DNA of 64,000 nt from Tubiluchus corallicola (lineage: Eukaryota; Animalia; Priapulida), in NCBI GenBank assembly GCA_030141605.1, contig JAQGDQ010000162.1, positions 372,001 through 436,000 of the forward strand. The letters run 5' to 3'. Positions within the stretch are counted from its first letter, which is position 1; the number at the start of each line of letters is the position of its first letter. The notes beneath the pieces are model-generated. The model ran no database searches, was not told where the DNA came from, and saw only the letters and a list, made by a program, of their open reading frames with translations. The position numbers were made by a program, and so were the translations under genes. Below, piece after piece: positions 43,867-57,542 of this stretch.

Positions 43867-44104
43867 ACGTGCGTATAGGTGTTTATTCTGTTTATCTTTT
43901 CTTTTTCTTCCTTTCTCTTTCCTGTCGTCATTCTTCCAACGACCATCACCTAATATAATATTAATGATATTAAAAACTACAAACGTTATCGCTTGATTAT
44001 AAATAGGTGTTTATCGTTTGACTCTGTTATAGCTTTTCAGGTTTTCTGGCTATTTTATTCAAGCCTAATTTATCCTTTGGGTGTTTTCTTTAGAAACAAT
44101 TTAA

Positions 44105-44773
44105 AGGACGAAAAAAGGGGTGCCTGAAGTAGGTTTCAGAAAATCGCCTTTAAAAATTATATTACTTCATAGCAATTTTATGCGTATATCGCGTTAAAAG
44201 GCACTTTTTGTTTGTTCTCATTTTAAATCTCCCTTTCCCGCAATACTAGTACATGACGTCATATACGCACAGTGTTAATCAGGCGAAGAAAAGGAAATGT
44301 TAAACTTATGTCCCGAAAAACTTTCCATGCAAAGTTATATTATATAACATTTCGCTTATCTGCTTGGAAGACTTATGTAACTAGAAAGGAAAATTATTAA
44401 CTATTTAAAATATTTTCAGCAATTGGTAAAATGTTGTTAACTCACCCTCCAGGATGCACCACTCACTAACCAAAAACGTATTTTTAATCTTACGAATGTA
44501 CAGAAAATATAGTAGTTAAAAATTTTACTTAGTTAGTGACTTGTACGCTACGAATACTCTGATTATTTCTCAAACTTTACTCAGTGCAATCCAAACTTGT
44601 TTCAAATGACCTATTTTCAAAATGGCTGCGTCTAACAGTTATTGCGGGAGTTCAAATTTACACGTTTTATACAACGTTACTGCCGACGCTGTTGCAAAAA
44701 GGTAGTATGTAAGCAGTATAAAATTTCATGACGAATTTTTAAGCTTTATGTAAATGGATGGTTTTCTTGTGCT
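44105..44773 (+). mobile_element. MITE family A copy
   Basis: TTAA|AGGACGAAAA start, TTTCTTGTGCT end, internal homology to the other copies. Confidence 0.82.
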
Positions 44774-44984
44774 AGCAATGTTGCTATAAGCAAACTAGCT
44801 ACGTTTGCTTTTTGCTGTCTTAGCTAAATGTTTGTCTGTCTTAGTTAAATACAGAAAAACACATATTTTTCTGTATTTTTTTCAGGATTTTTATGTATCT
44901 GCTTATCTGCCAACTAGATTTCAAAAGTTGCTGGGTAACCTTTGCGTAAATCATCATTACGGGGTTTTAAGCCGGTGACCAAGG

Positions 44985-45275
44985 TATGTGCTTAGCACTG
45001 AAAGTTAAGCGACACTGAACCTGTTTACTAATTGGATGGATGTTCACTAGGAAAATTCCTTCTTGTAGTTTCATCGCCCGTACTGCTTACGTTTATGTGT
45101 TGAGTTGTAAAGAGTTTTATGGAGTTGTGTGGAGTTGCACGGAATTTGTATATCGGTCTACAGCTGAGTTTGGCAACGACGCTTCTGTCGCTTCAGAGGC
45201 TTATCCTTCATAACGAGACAGATGCCGGTCCTGCGTTAACCATCAACATAATCACTAGGCGTTGACGTTCAGTGA
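44985..45275 (+). mobile_element. Possible 5S rRNA-derived SINE remnant
   Basis: GAAAGTTAAGCGACACTGAACCTGTTTACTAATTGGATGG...TTGTAG resembles the 5S internal control region (AGYTAAGC..CCTGGTTAGTACTTGGATGGG). Confidence 0.45.
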
Positions 45276-48041
45276 TGGATTTTCAGCTTGGAGAGTGGTG
45301 AACTGCATAAAAAATAAAGTCTGTTTCTACAATTATGTGTGTGCGTGACATGAATTTGTCATTCTATGCAGAATAAAATTTTTTGTATATAAATGTGTTT
45401 TTAAAGAATTCTGTTAGTTGTACGTCATTGATTCGATGTTCAAACGATGCTCTTTATCCACAAATGAAAATGGACCTCAAATTAGACTGAGATGCCTACC
45501 AACATCTGTTGTGACCAGCAAAACTGATGGTCAAAACTATTTAGTGAAATTTTCAAAAAACAGATTTAAAGCTCAGGACTGATATTATAGGGTAATATAT
45601 CGTAATGTAATGTAGTGTAGGTGTAGTTTAGGCTTGGTGTGATATGGTGCAATGTAGTGTAGTACAGAGCAGTGTAGGATAGTATAGTGTAGTGTAGTGT
45701 AGTGTAGTGTAGCGTAGTGTAGTGTAGTGTAGTGTAGTGTAGTGTAGTGTAGTGCACTGCATTGCATTGCTGTGCAGTACAGTGCAGTGCAGTACAGTAC
45801 AGTACAGTACAGGGCGGTGCAGTAATGTGCAATGCAGTGCAGTGTAGTACAGTATAATATATATATAACGTGCGTGTCATGTTCATGAGGTGTCACAGGA
45901 AAACGTCCTGAACGTTTAATCACGATATCACAAGAAAATAACGAAATCGGCTTGAAAATCACTATCCTAGTGATAGACAGACGATTTACAATTACACCAG
46001 AAATTTTAGGTCATTTCCTTGGCTTCCTCCAAATTAATACAGAACATTTTTAAATGACGTCAGGTGCTTTTAAATAAAAATAAATGCTGGAAACAAATTT
46101 GTCAGTTTTGTTAAAATTAACAGCAAGGTAAAATTTACGTGTTCATGATTTTCACCGCTAGACGAATGAGTTCCTTTCAGCAACTGACACAGTTTCTTGC
46201 TTCTTTGACGTACCAGCAGCCAGCGAATTTTTGCCTTTAGTTCTCTATGTGTCCATTGTACACTTTCATCAAATGAATTCCAAGTACCGTAGGCCTAAGT
46301 TCCATTTCTACTGATAGCAATTTTTCATCACTGCTTCATTTTTTGTGGTGAAGACCACGATGTAACTTGGTTGATTTGCCTTTTTCATTGTTTTGTTAGT
46401 TGTTCATAGCCACTAACTAACTAGGTCAAAATCAAATTACAGAATTCGGTGAGAAACTAACCTGGAGCACAAATTAGAATCAGCCAGCGGATTCATAACA
46501 CTGTCATGTATTAAGTGGTTTAGGCCTTTATATCGACATGGCTGTTTTTCAGCTGATGGTTAGCTGACATTGTTTCGGTATTTAAATATTTAATACAAAC
46601 GTTTGTTTTTGCTTAAAACCCGCTAACGCTGTATAGCTGTAGGTTTCATAGCTAAACTGTAATGCATTGTAATTTGACGTTGTGAAATTTGTGCTTTATC
46701 GGGTTCTTGCTTCTTGTATTATTATTATTACACAATCTAAATTTGGGCACATTTGTTGCGCCGTCCGGTATAATCGAATTTGTCACGTACTATGTATGTT
46801 TGCTTTTCCATTTTTATTTTTTCGTTATTTGTCCCAAATACATTAAATCCATTGGAAAGTTGCTTTGTACTTCGCCGAGTTCGATCAGTTTATTTGTGAA
46901 ATCATCTAATCCATCAACCATAAGTCTAACCACAACCATGACCATTAATGAAATCATAACATTTTATCTGTTACACAAGCAAACAGAAATTGTTTTTAGG
47001 TCAACAGGTTCATAGAAAATTACTTAACTTTAACTTTGCAAAAATAAGATCGTAAATGCAGTCATCTTTGCCTCCTTATCTGATTCAGACCATTATAGTA
47101 TCCCAGTTACATGTTTCATTCAAAAATTTAAACCAAGTTAACATTCAGTAATTAATAAACTAACATTTAAGAGCAGTTTTTGAACTGAAAGGCTTTGCAC
47201 ACGTGTGCAGTTGGTTAAGACAGGTGCCACGGGTCATGTGACTTTACCTGTTCTACAAAAAGTCTAATCAAAGTTTCCACCAGGAGATGGAGCCACGATG
47301 TAAATATTCATCCTATAGTACGAGAAATATATTTCACTATTTATTGTAAGCATGTCTTGTATCACTGTAATGTATGTTCTTTTATATGGTACTTTTTGTA
47401 GAGAAATAAAGATATAAATAAAACCAATGGACAAAATAAAAGTTTACGACATCTTGAATTTTATGTGTAACACTGACTACAATGAATATGACAAATTTTA
47501 GTAATCAGTTACACGACTTACATCTTAGCTTACTTATACTTGACCTTCCACACTTGAAGATGTATCAAAAGTTAATAAATTGTGTAAATAATACTTCTAA
47601 TTACGAAATTAATATTCCAACTATCACTTCTGAACATGGATAAAATTTTGCTAGAGAACAATAAAGTGGATTTGTGGGATTATAAATTCTAATTACGGTC
47701 CTGGCATTTATTTGAAAAAAATTTGTAGAAATGCGGAAAAAATCAAAATATTTGCTGGATTTCGATGTTGAATAATAGGTTTACATACTTATTAATAAAA
47801 CTGATGTTAAGAAATCGATAATTTTTTCCCTTTCACAAATTAACTCTAACATGAAAAACATACGTATGATATTTACCAGACGAATTTGAAATACCATAAC
47901 AAACTAGAAAACGACCAAAACTGCATTCCTTATGACTGTCTTCAAAACGTCCTGCCCACCTTGTGAGTTGTATTTAGGGTAAAAGTGAGGAAATAATAAT
48001 TTCTGTTATGTAGGTGTAGTTTGTTGTTTACAGTGGGCGAC

Positions 48042-48283
<242 letters not shown>

Positions 48284-49402
48284 AACTCACAGTTGATTAA
48301 ATTTTGATTCAACCGCAACTACAGGCCCGGATGTGAACCAAGGAGGTCTGCGTAAACAAGACGCCCACTAAACTACTGGTCCACTGCAGTGTTATTAATC
48401 AACCTGGTCAAATGTTCGTCCCTTCTGGCTAGACTATTGAATTCAGCATCTTCAACGTGAATTCTCCGCTCACGCTAATCAAATTAAAAATGATAATCTA
48501 ATTAATTAGAATCACACTAGAGCGAGCGATTTAATAGTGGATTTGCTGAGTTTGGTTAGCCAGCTATTAGCGATAACGATAAGTATTGGACTGCCATGAC
48601 GACTATTTAGTTTGTTATATATATATAGAGGTCTAGGCGTGTGCCTTATAAACAGAAGATGTGTGGTTCAAATACAGGACGTATTCCAACTTTTTCACAT
48701 TTGTTGTCTTTGAAGTTCGGTATCAAAATTAATTGCGAGTTTGTTCCACAAAATTTATTATTATTTATTATTTTTAGCTACACAATTAAGTTAAAACTAA
48801 CTTCTGTATATTATAGAGTGGTATATTATGTGCATTAACGTTATTCAAAAACAAAAATATAAATATTCAACCAACTGCAGCCCTCAGTAATGATGAATAG
48901 CCAGCGCCCTCATATGAAGTTACCATGTGGGGCAAAAACTTATTTTGAGCTTGCCTCATTCCATAGAACCTTTTGGAGCAAAAAGAACATATTCCTGGCC
49001 TATCAGCTCAGACATATATTTGTAGCAACTTTGGCGACTTGGCTTCGTTATTAGTTCTTTGAGTGGGTAATTATAAATACAGAAGTGGGAAGAACAAATT
49101 AAGTTCATGATTCTCAGTTTCTTCTCTAATCTCTCCAGATTTCTCTGACATCAGTCCTTCAGCATAGCAATTCACCTATGCAGCATAGCAATTCACCTAT
49201 GCAGCATAGCGTAGCAGCATAGAATGTCTTACCCTGTTGTCTAACTTGCCCCAAAGCCTTCTACATAATAAAGTCTGTTTCTTATTATTCCTTCTTTTTC
49301 TCGTAAGTTCCATACAGAATATATCTGAGCAGAAAGCATTAATGTTCCTCAGTGTCAATGCCCTACAAAGAACATGTAAAGGTCGGTTGCTCTATGTTAT
49401 CT

Positions 49403-50317
49403 TCACTGGTGTTGAGATGTTCTTCTAGCGGTGTCAACTTTGTCCGTTATTGACATTTTATCAAACAAAAGTTTTTTGAAGGCCGTTCTGAAGTCTTTGC
49501 TTGAGAATGCGTATATGACTGGATTAACCGCACTATTGGTGAACCCAAGCGCAAATAAAAGCGCGGAAGCCTCGTAGTTCCACGCGTAATTACCTGTACA
49601 ATAACTCCAGGCTTCGTACAAATACGCAGAACCCCAGCAGAGCACAAAAGCAAATGTAACAATGGCTAGGATTTTCGTTGCTTTCATCTGAACCATGCTG
49701 ATCTCGTCTCCTTGGCCTTGGCTATGTATCTTCAGGACTTGCTTCCTTGCGATTCTCCAGATCAATGCATACAAGACAAAGATCACGAGCATCGGCAAGA
49801 AGAAGGCTATAGTGATGTCGAGTATCATCAAATTGAACATGCCGTACATCTCTCTCAAGACGCAAATAGCAATTGCCTCAGTAATGGCGAAGAACCAAGT
49901 GAAACAAAGTGCCACAGTGATTACAGTCTTGGTTACAATAACTGAGTACTTGAATGGATAGGCGACACCTACGTATCTTTCAGCAGCTATTACACACAAG
50001 TGAAATGCACTTGCATTTACCATTGCGTACATATAACTGTACCTTATCACCAGGAACGCTGTGTCACCAAGGGCTTCTTGACTGAACAATGCTGCAATCT
50101 CAATCGGTGCAGAAAACGCAACTGCTAAATCTGTTACTGCAAGTGAGGCAACAAGAGCGTTAGTTTTTGTTCGTAAACTCGGATATTTATACATTGAAAT
50201 TACCACTAACAGGTTTCCAGGGATTATTAAAGTAGCTGATAAACCGAGAATAAAGACTGTCAGTATAGCTACAGGTTTGTATAAGTTAACTAAGTAACTT
50301 GCTGTGTGATTTAGCAT
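49403..50317 (-). CDS. Intronless rhodopsin-family (class A) GPCR, 304 aa
   Basis: GNLLV (TM1), SLAVTD (TM2), AERY, W4.50, FFLP, KATK..FVLCWGS, NSAVNPVIY, helix 8 FRTAFKKLL. Confidence 0.95.
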   Translation of the reverse strand: MLNHTASYLVNLYKPVAILTVFILGLSATLIIPGNLLVVISMYKYPSLRTKTNALVASLAVTDLAVAFSAPIEIAALFSQEALGDTAFLVIRYSYMYAMVNASAFHLCVIAAERYVGVAYPFKYSVIVTKTVITVALCFTWFFAITEAIAICVLREMYGMFNLMILDITIAFFLPMLVIFVLYALIWRIARKQVLKIHSQGQGDEISMVQMKATKILAIVTFAFVLCWGSAYLYEAWSYCTGNYAWNYEASALLFALGFTNSAVNPVIYAFSSKDFRTAFKKLLFDKMSITDKVDTARRTSQHQ

Positions 50318-52289
50318 GCTTATTGCATCATTAATATATTATTTAGCTGAATCACACAAACTGAGCAACAAAAATAGTCCTAATGAAAAGATTCCCTTTT
50401 CACCATTTTGAGTTTCACCATTGATGGAAATGTCATTAGCGCTTTTAAACAATGAAACGATCTTCCAACATGAAGGTTCATTGCAAAACACCATCACAGT
50501 ATCTCCACTTTCACAATATATGCGGACTCTTTTTACGAAGCGTTCTGAAACTTTTTGCTCTAAATTATCATCTTAAATTTACCATCATGAATTCCGAACG
50601 TCTCTCCGCAAACTTGGATTTTACAGTCGAGCCATCACTAGCGCGCATGCGCCAACACCTCCACGGCGAGCCGTCATCATCTTAATGCCCATCACGCTTG
50701 CTGTAGACATTGGCAGGCAGAATTCTAAAATTAAAGAAATCTACCTTTCAGACAGGTAAACACAGCAGTAATCTAGCAAAAACTAGACGCTGCTATGCCA
50801 GTGGTTTGTCAGCATTACTTCTGCAGTGAGTATTTGCCGTTCATTACATCTCACTGATGAATCTAAACCTTGCATACGTCTCATAAAACATGATTGGCTA
50901 AGTATAGAAAAAATTGCCACCAAATGCCCCACCGGACACCGGTTTGGATACCGGGAAGCATAATGCTGCTAATTAGTATAAAATGCACTCATGCATATTC
51001 CATCCTATTTGCCGCCAATATATTATGCCATTATAATTCAACGCTTTTAGTTATCCAATCCACCTTGCTGATAGGAGCTTATAAAACGTTTGCTACTTGA
51101 TCAGACCCGATTGTCCGGGGACTACAATATAAGCTGTTCTTGAACTGATATTGCTCTGTAAAACTCAGATCGTTTCCTAGTTTCTGAGTTTCTATCGTAC
51201 ATGAAATGGTGATTATTCTGATCTCAATGTTAACACAATTTATAGAAGCACTTTTATATCTGTATCTGCTATGTTAACTGCAGACATGCTAACATATCCA
51301 AGGCACAAGATAGTGTCACTATATGCCGGCAATCTTGTCAGAATATTGACAAACAATGTTTTCAAAAATGTTGTGCCATTTTGAAACAGTGTGTCTTATT
51401 TTTGTCCAAAATGGGAACCTTCTTAGTACAACATTGTACAACAATATTTTATAACCATTTTCAGGCAAGATTAATATAGTAGTCATGGCAACGGCAATAA
51501 TAAATAGGAATTAAAAATTCAAGAATTAAAAAACAAAGAAAAAAGAAAGAACAAAATATGATGTTTCAAAGTGCCACTGCCGTTTATCTTCACGACAAAG
51601 AACAAAAGAATCACATAAAATTACCAATACTAATTTCGTGGGGAATTTTTTATCGTACATAGTGTACTGACCACCCCTTTCACATTAAATGGAAGTTTCT
51701 GTCGAAGCCGTATAAAATCGGTCTTCTCTGCTCTTTTACTGGTCCAGTTAGTTTAATTCACGACCGTGTAAACTCCATTTCATCATTATTTTTGAATCTA
51801 CTTCATGTAATTTTCCAATAAAGGTGTCGTTTCTCTCACACGTCATTGGATGGATGTCACTAATAGACTGTTTGGCTCCGCATCTGCTGGTACCGAACCA
51901 ACCTGGGTAGTTTTAGGCCTTGTCGGCCAGGTACCGTCACAGGCCTCAGTCACAGAAAAGATTGGGACACAATCAGAAACTAACGTGTTCGCTTGAAATG
52001 TCGTATGTTTGCTTTTTTCCTTGTTTTTAACTGTGAGATTTTTAGCATTGAACAGTAATAAAAATACGTTTTAATAATAACGTTAGCATCTTTCATAGAG
52101 GACCAGTTTACAATGAACGTGTAAGCTTAATTTTTGATATATGATAGCTGAAAGAGAATAATAACATAGACCTGCAATACCTTTATTACAATACAACACA
52201 GTACCATACAACACCTACTATATTTAAAAAAAATTATAGGTAAATATATTAAAATTCTTACGCCTAATAAAATTCAATACAACACCTAC

Positions 52290-52917
52290 TATAACATGAA
52301 CGAAAACTGGATCCCAATCTTAGACTGCAGCTCTAAACAATCTACCTCTGAAACATAGAAAGAGGACATACTGTTTTTTCAAAAATGATTTACGTGAAAG
52401 GATTACTACCACAGAAACCCAATTCCGCCTTCGCGCGGTTAGTTCTTCCCTGTACACGCGCTTCGCCCTTCGTCAGCTAGATAGACACTAGCGCCTGCAT
52501 CTCGCAAACGCGTTGCACAAAAACAGGTGCTGTACCTTTCAATTTAGATGTGTTGATGTGTTTAGTTCTGACGTGGTGCAGACATTCGACAGCTCATGTG
52601 TGAGCATAGCGATAAATATGAAATTTACTTTTTAAACTTGCCGAGTTTTTGTATATCACACTAAATGATGTACAGTTGTACTGTACTCCAATTTCTGCTT
52701 TTGCAAACACGTGCAACCCTCTCATGAAATATTTGCGCTGTTAAAAGTTGTGTTCAGTCTTGATGTCGTCATTAGTTGGGCTCACGCGCCGTTAACTATT
52801 TTTTTAAACTATTAATTGATTATGAGAAACGCTTTGGCAGCATTATAGTTGTTAAAATGTATACGTCAAAATACTACTTCAAGATGGGGTAGGATATGAA
52901 AATTTGTCCTGTTTCCT
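52290..52917 (-). mobile_element. MITE family B copy
   Basis: Reverse complement of the 23650-24260 element; ends GTCCTGTTTCCT|TTAA (52918-52921). Confidence 0.75.
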
Positions 52918-52921
52918 TTAA

Positions 52922-53559
52922 AGCACAAGAAAACCCTCCACATAAATAAAGCTTAAAAAATTCGTCTTGAAATTTTATACCGCTTAGACACTGCCTACAG
53001 GGCTTAGAACTCCCGCGATAACCATTAGACGCAGCCATTTTGACAGTAAATCTTGTGAAACAAGTTTAGATAATATTGTGTAAAGTTTGAAAAAATAATC
53101 AAAGCAATTGTTGCGCACACGTCGCTAACTAAGTAAAATTTTAGATTGCTGTATCCTGTCAGTAAGATTAAAAATACGTTTCTCGGTTAGTGAGTGGTGC
53201 ATCCTGGAGGTGAATCAACGACATTATACAAATTGGTGAAAACATTTTAAATAATTAATATTTTTTCTAGTTACATAAGTCTTTGGAGCAGGTAAGCGAA
53301 AGGTTAAGTAACATAACATTGCATGGAAAGTTTTTTGGGACATAGTTTAGCATTTTCTTTTCTTCTCCTGATTTACGTTGTGGGCATATGACGTCATGTA
53401 ATGGCGTGGTCGGAACAGTAATTGCTGAGACTTCAAATGAAAAAAAAACAAAAAATCCTTTCAACGCGAGTACTATACACGCATAAAATGCAATAAAGTA
53501 GTATAATCTTTTAAGGCGATTTTTCTGAAACCTACTTCAGGTACCCCTTCTCTTGTCTT
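52922..53559 (-). mobile_element. MITE family A copy, full length
   Basis: TTAA|AGCACAAGAAAA ... TCTTGTCTT|TTAA. Confidence 0.85.
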
Positions 53560-53844
53560 TTAAGTAAGAAGCACAGTAAGAAGTAAGAAGTAAGTAAGTA
53601 AGAAGTGCTTGTGAAAGAACACTTAATAGCTAGCAAACTTCAAATCAATGAAGCTGGAAAATCACAAAAATGCCTTTCAAGGAGCAGCACCTATTAACAA
53701 TTCAAATTACATTGATCTACTGAGTTTTACAGTCGGATGCACTGTATAATGAAATATGTTCTAAATAACATAAATAGATAAAAACAATTAATAGATTAAA
53801 CGTTTACAACATTTAGCTGGGAATGGTCAGCTGGAATTCTTAAT

Positions 53845-54332
53845 TCAAAGGGTAAAGAAAAGGCAAATTTAAAGTATGTCCAAAAACATTCCACACAAAG
53901 TTACATTTCGTGGCATTAGGTTACCTGCTTGAAAGACTTATGCTACTAAAAAAGAACATTCTTAATAATTTAGACTGTTCGCGCCATTTGGAGAAACGTC
54001 GTTGACTCACCTTCCCAGTGTGCATCACTGGCTCACCAAAAAACGTATTTTTAAACTTATTGAGAAGAGAAAGTAATTTATACCTTTTCTTCGTTAGTGA
54101 AATATGCAGTACGAATGCTATGATTAGTTTTCAATCGTTACATAATGTTATCTAATCTGCTTTCAAACGACTTAAATTAAAATTGCTGTGCCGCACGGCC
54201 TTCCCAGAAGTTCTAATTTACAAGTTTTATACAACGTTACTGCTACTACAAGCTCTGTGCACAATAAGGCAGCATTACTGGTTGATACAAAATTTCAAAG
54301 TGATTAATGAAGAGTGTTTTCTCGTTCTTTAA
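53845..54332 (+). mobile_element. MITE family A, truncated copy ending 10 bp from the GPCR stop codon
   Basis: TTACCTGCTTGAAAGACTTATG, AAAACGTATTTTTAA, TTTACAAGTTTTATACAACGTTACTGC, terminus TTTCTCGTTCT|TTAA. Confidence 0.72.
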
Positions 54333-54341
54333 CTTACAATG

Positions 54342-55271
54342 TTAACACTTATCATATCTCAAAATTTCCTTAAAAGCTACTTTAAATTTTCTATTTGTCA
54401 ATGCGTAAATGAAAGGATTAATTCCGCTGTTGCTAAATCCAATTGAAAACAAAAGATATTTAAAAAGTGGCATGGATTCAAATGAAATATTAAACATAGT
54501 ATTATGTATGTATAAGCAAATGGAATATATACGAGATGGACCCCAACATATCAGAAAAGCAAGAGCAACTATGGCTAAAGTTTTTGTAGCTTTCATTTGT
54601 ATCACCCCTGTTCTTGACTTTGACCTTCCTTGACCTTCGTTGTGTATCTGTAACACTTGTTTCCTTGCAGTTTTCCAGATCAGGGCATACAAGACTAGTA
54701 TGACTAGCATTGGCAAGTGAAAAGCTCCTACCACTTCGGGCACCATTAAGAAGTACATCTTATTCACATTGATCAACGTGACAACTGTGGCTGCTTCACC
54801 TATAGCAAAAATCCAGCAAACGCAGATTCCAAAAATAACGGTTTCCTTTCTCACGATAACGTGATACTTAAATGGCTGCATGACGGCAACGTACCTCTCA
54901 GCAGCTATCAAGCATAAATGAAACGAACTGGTGTTTATCATTCCGTGCTGGAAACTGCCTCGTATCACGTTAAACAGCAGGTTTGAGCTAACCTTTACAT
55001 TCAGCAGTCGTATGATTTCGGCTGGTACTGACATTCCAACTAACAGATCAGCCACTGCTAGCGACGCAATAATCGCATTGGTTTTGGTCTGCAAATATTC
55101 AAACTTGTAAACAGCTATTAGCACTAACAAGTTTCCTGGAATAATAACGATGCTAGACAACAAATACACGGACACTATCACGGCTACCAGGGTATCGTCA
55201 AACGCACAGTGATGTACGTTATCAGCTTCAATAGGGTCTTCTATGTCTGTAGCATTCCATACAGAAGTCAT
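54342..55271 (-). CDS. Intronless rhodopsin-family GPCR, paralog of 49403-50317, 309 aa from the first ATG
   Basis: MTSVWNAT (N-glycosylation site), IPGNLLV, SLAVAD, FHLCLIAAERY, FHLP, QMKATK, CWGP, NSGINPFIY. Confidence 0.95.
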   Translation of the reverse strand: MTSVWNATDIEDPIEADNVHHCAFDDTLVAVIVSVYLLSSIVIIPGNLLVLIAVYKFEYLQTKTNAIIASLAVADLLVGMSVPAEIIRLLNVKVSSNLLFNVIRGSFQHGMINTSSFHLCLIAAERYVAVMQPFKYHVIVRKETVIFGICVCWIFAIGEAATVVTLINVNKMYFLMVPEVVGAFHLPMLVILVLYALIWKTARKQVLQIHNEGQGRSKSRTGVIQMKATKTLAIVALAFLICWGPSRIYSICLYIHNTMFNISFESMPLFKYLLFSIGFSNSGINPFIYALTNRKFKVAFKEILRYDKC

Positions 55272-56309
55272 GGTACTTATAGACCAATAATGACAAGCTG
55301 AGTGTGACAATTGCACTTCTTTTAACTTGTGTAGATGAATCTGGCAAAGACGTAGCCAGTGATCAAGTGAGGCCTCAGCTTTGTTTCGCTTTTCTGTTTA
55401 GATATGCTTTGTTCACTGCATTAAGTGCAATCGCTACGCATTGTTTTCCCACCTGCGCAAAGTTGTTTCACCTGCAACTGACGTGTCGCCATTTTTATTT
55501 GCAGTTTCCAATAGAGTTTTATTTGTAGAAGCCTGATGGAATAAAAGATAGATCACATTTAGTGTCAACTGTGGTTTTAGCTTAATGAATGGCACAGTTT
55601 CAACAGATATTTAGTGTTTAATGTCAGATGGGAAACATTAGCGACATGCATTATAGTAATTTCCTGTCTCATTTTTGTAAGCTGAGAGGTTGATTAGTAT
55701 GGCGTCCATGAAAGCAGAGCTAATATGATGTCAGTAGAACTTGTTGGTTAGTCATTTGGACAACTTGGCTATTTGATTAGCGGTTAGTTTTTCGATCACG
55801 CAGGCCGTCCGTCTAATGTGACGTCTGCATGTTTGTCTATTTTTCAGTGATTTGATTGGCTAAACAATGAGTTCTAAAAATATTGTCGATAGTCTTGTAA
55901 CATTTAATCATGGAATTCATTTGTTCTGTAGTTCAGAAAAAATACTTGAAGTGTACTAGAGGCTAGCAACTAATGAAATTTCCATACAATTGCATAATAG
56001 CAGTCAAACTGTATAAAAAATTACAAAGGTTTATGCTTGTAATCTCGTTTGCAAAAGGTTTAAGCGCTGGAAAACATTGACAATTTATTGGAGATCACTT
56101 ATTGGTCACTGATAAGTTTCTAAATTGGAGCTGTTTGTAGAGGGTGCCCCAAAATTAACCTCCCACAAATCAATTTAAATTACACTTTCGCCGCATCTGT
56201 GAAACTTTGGTCCTCCATCCTGGACGATCTTTAATCCTTGGTGAATAAAGATCCTTGCCTTATAAATAATAAACTCCATCATGAATTCAAATAACGAGTA
56301 AAACTAACA

Positions 56310-56341
56310 GTAACAGCAGCAGCAGCAGCAGCAGCAATAGC

Positions 56342-56400
<59 letters not shown>

Positions 56401-56458
56401 AAACAACAACAGCAGCAACAACAACAGCAAAAACAACAACAACGACTACAACAAGAGC

Positions 56459-56537
<79 letters not shown>

Positions 56538-56539
56538 GC

Positions 56540-56580
<41 letters not shown>

Positions 56581-56752
56581 AAAAACAACAACAACAACAA
56601 CAACAGCAGCAACAGCAACAGCAACAAAAACAACAACAGCAGCAACAACAACAAAAACAACAACAACAACAACAACAAAAACAACAACAGCAACAAAAAC
56701 AACAACAACAACAATAAGAACAATAACAGCAACAGCAGGAACAACAGCAACA
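56310..56752. repeat. (CAA)/(CAG) trinucleotide tract
   Basis: Directly visible; intergenic. Confidence 0.96.
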
Positions 56753-57542
56753 CATGCTTGGCAGTTGCAATTGAAACCATCATGACCATGAATTTCGACT
56801 CAAGAATTTACCAATGAAAATCCAAAAGAACTAAACAAATCAGCATGAGGGAGGGGAAAATGGCCGCATAACAGCTTACAATAACTAAGACAAACTAGAT
56901 CTATTCACAGATCTATCTATTATTCAATGCTGCTAGGTTGTACTTGCTTGATACCGATAAATTCGTGAAAGCCACTGAACAAGGAAAGCGGGGATGTTTG
57001 AACAGATTTTCTGTGTGCTCAGCTTTGCAAGATGAAAACAATTGGCTAGCTTTATTTCATCATACATGTGTGCGCATACTATAACCTACGTGCTTCGTGA
57101 GTTTGAGGGAAACTAGTGTTTCAATTAAGCTAACACCTGCGTTCACTGTTCTAGTGACTACAGTTAGAGAAGCATTACAGTTTTCTGTTTACCAACTGTG
57201 CTACTGCTAAGTTAACCAAGCATTGGAAATTGTGTACCTGTACTTAAAAACCACACCAATTTTGGATGAAAGGCGTTATATTGGTGAATAAATCATGCAT
57301 AGTTCTTGCTTTATGGGCCACATGTATTGTGTCACCACAAGTCGTAATTGTCGTGCATAACCTCAAAAATGGTCAGTGCCAAAACGAGAAATAGGCAAAA
57401 ACTGACAATAACTAACTAAGTTCATGCGTTCACCATTTGACCATCTCTATAATTTTTATTACTGTAATCTCAGCGAAGCCTGAAGACGATTTTTTACAAC
57501 GGGCAGCAGTAAATATGGTGTTTAGACAGGTCACGTGATCAA

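Noticed and set aside
46689-47015. 108-aa hydrophobic ORF or LINE endonuclease relic
   Set aside because: No ATG start, no convincing motif; too degenerate to call.
48320-48700. Two tRNA-like segments with B-box-like motifs
   Set aside because: No foldable cloverleaf; at most old SINE heads.
55272-55316. N-terminal extension of the second GPCR in the ORF track
   Set aside because: Begins at a non-ATG codon; the first ATG is at 55271.
56279-56789. Poly-Cys/Val/Gln ORFs
   Set aside because: (CAA)n microsatellite in intergenic DNA.
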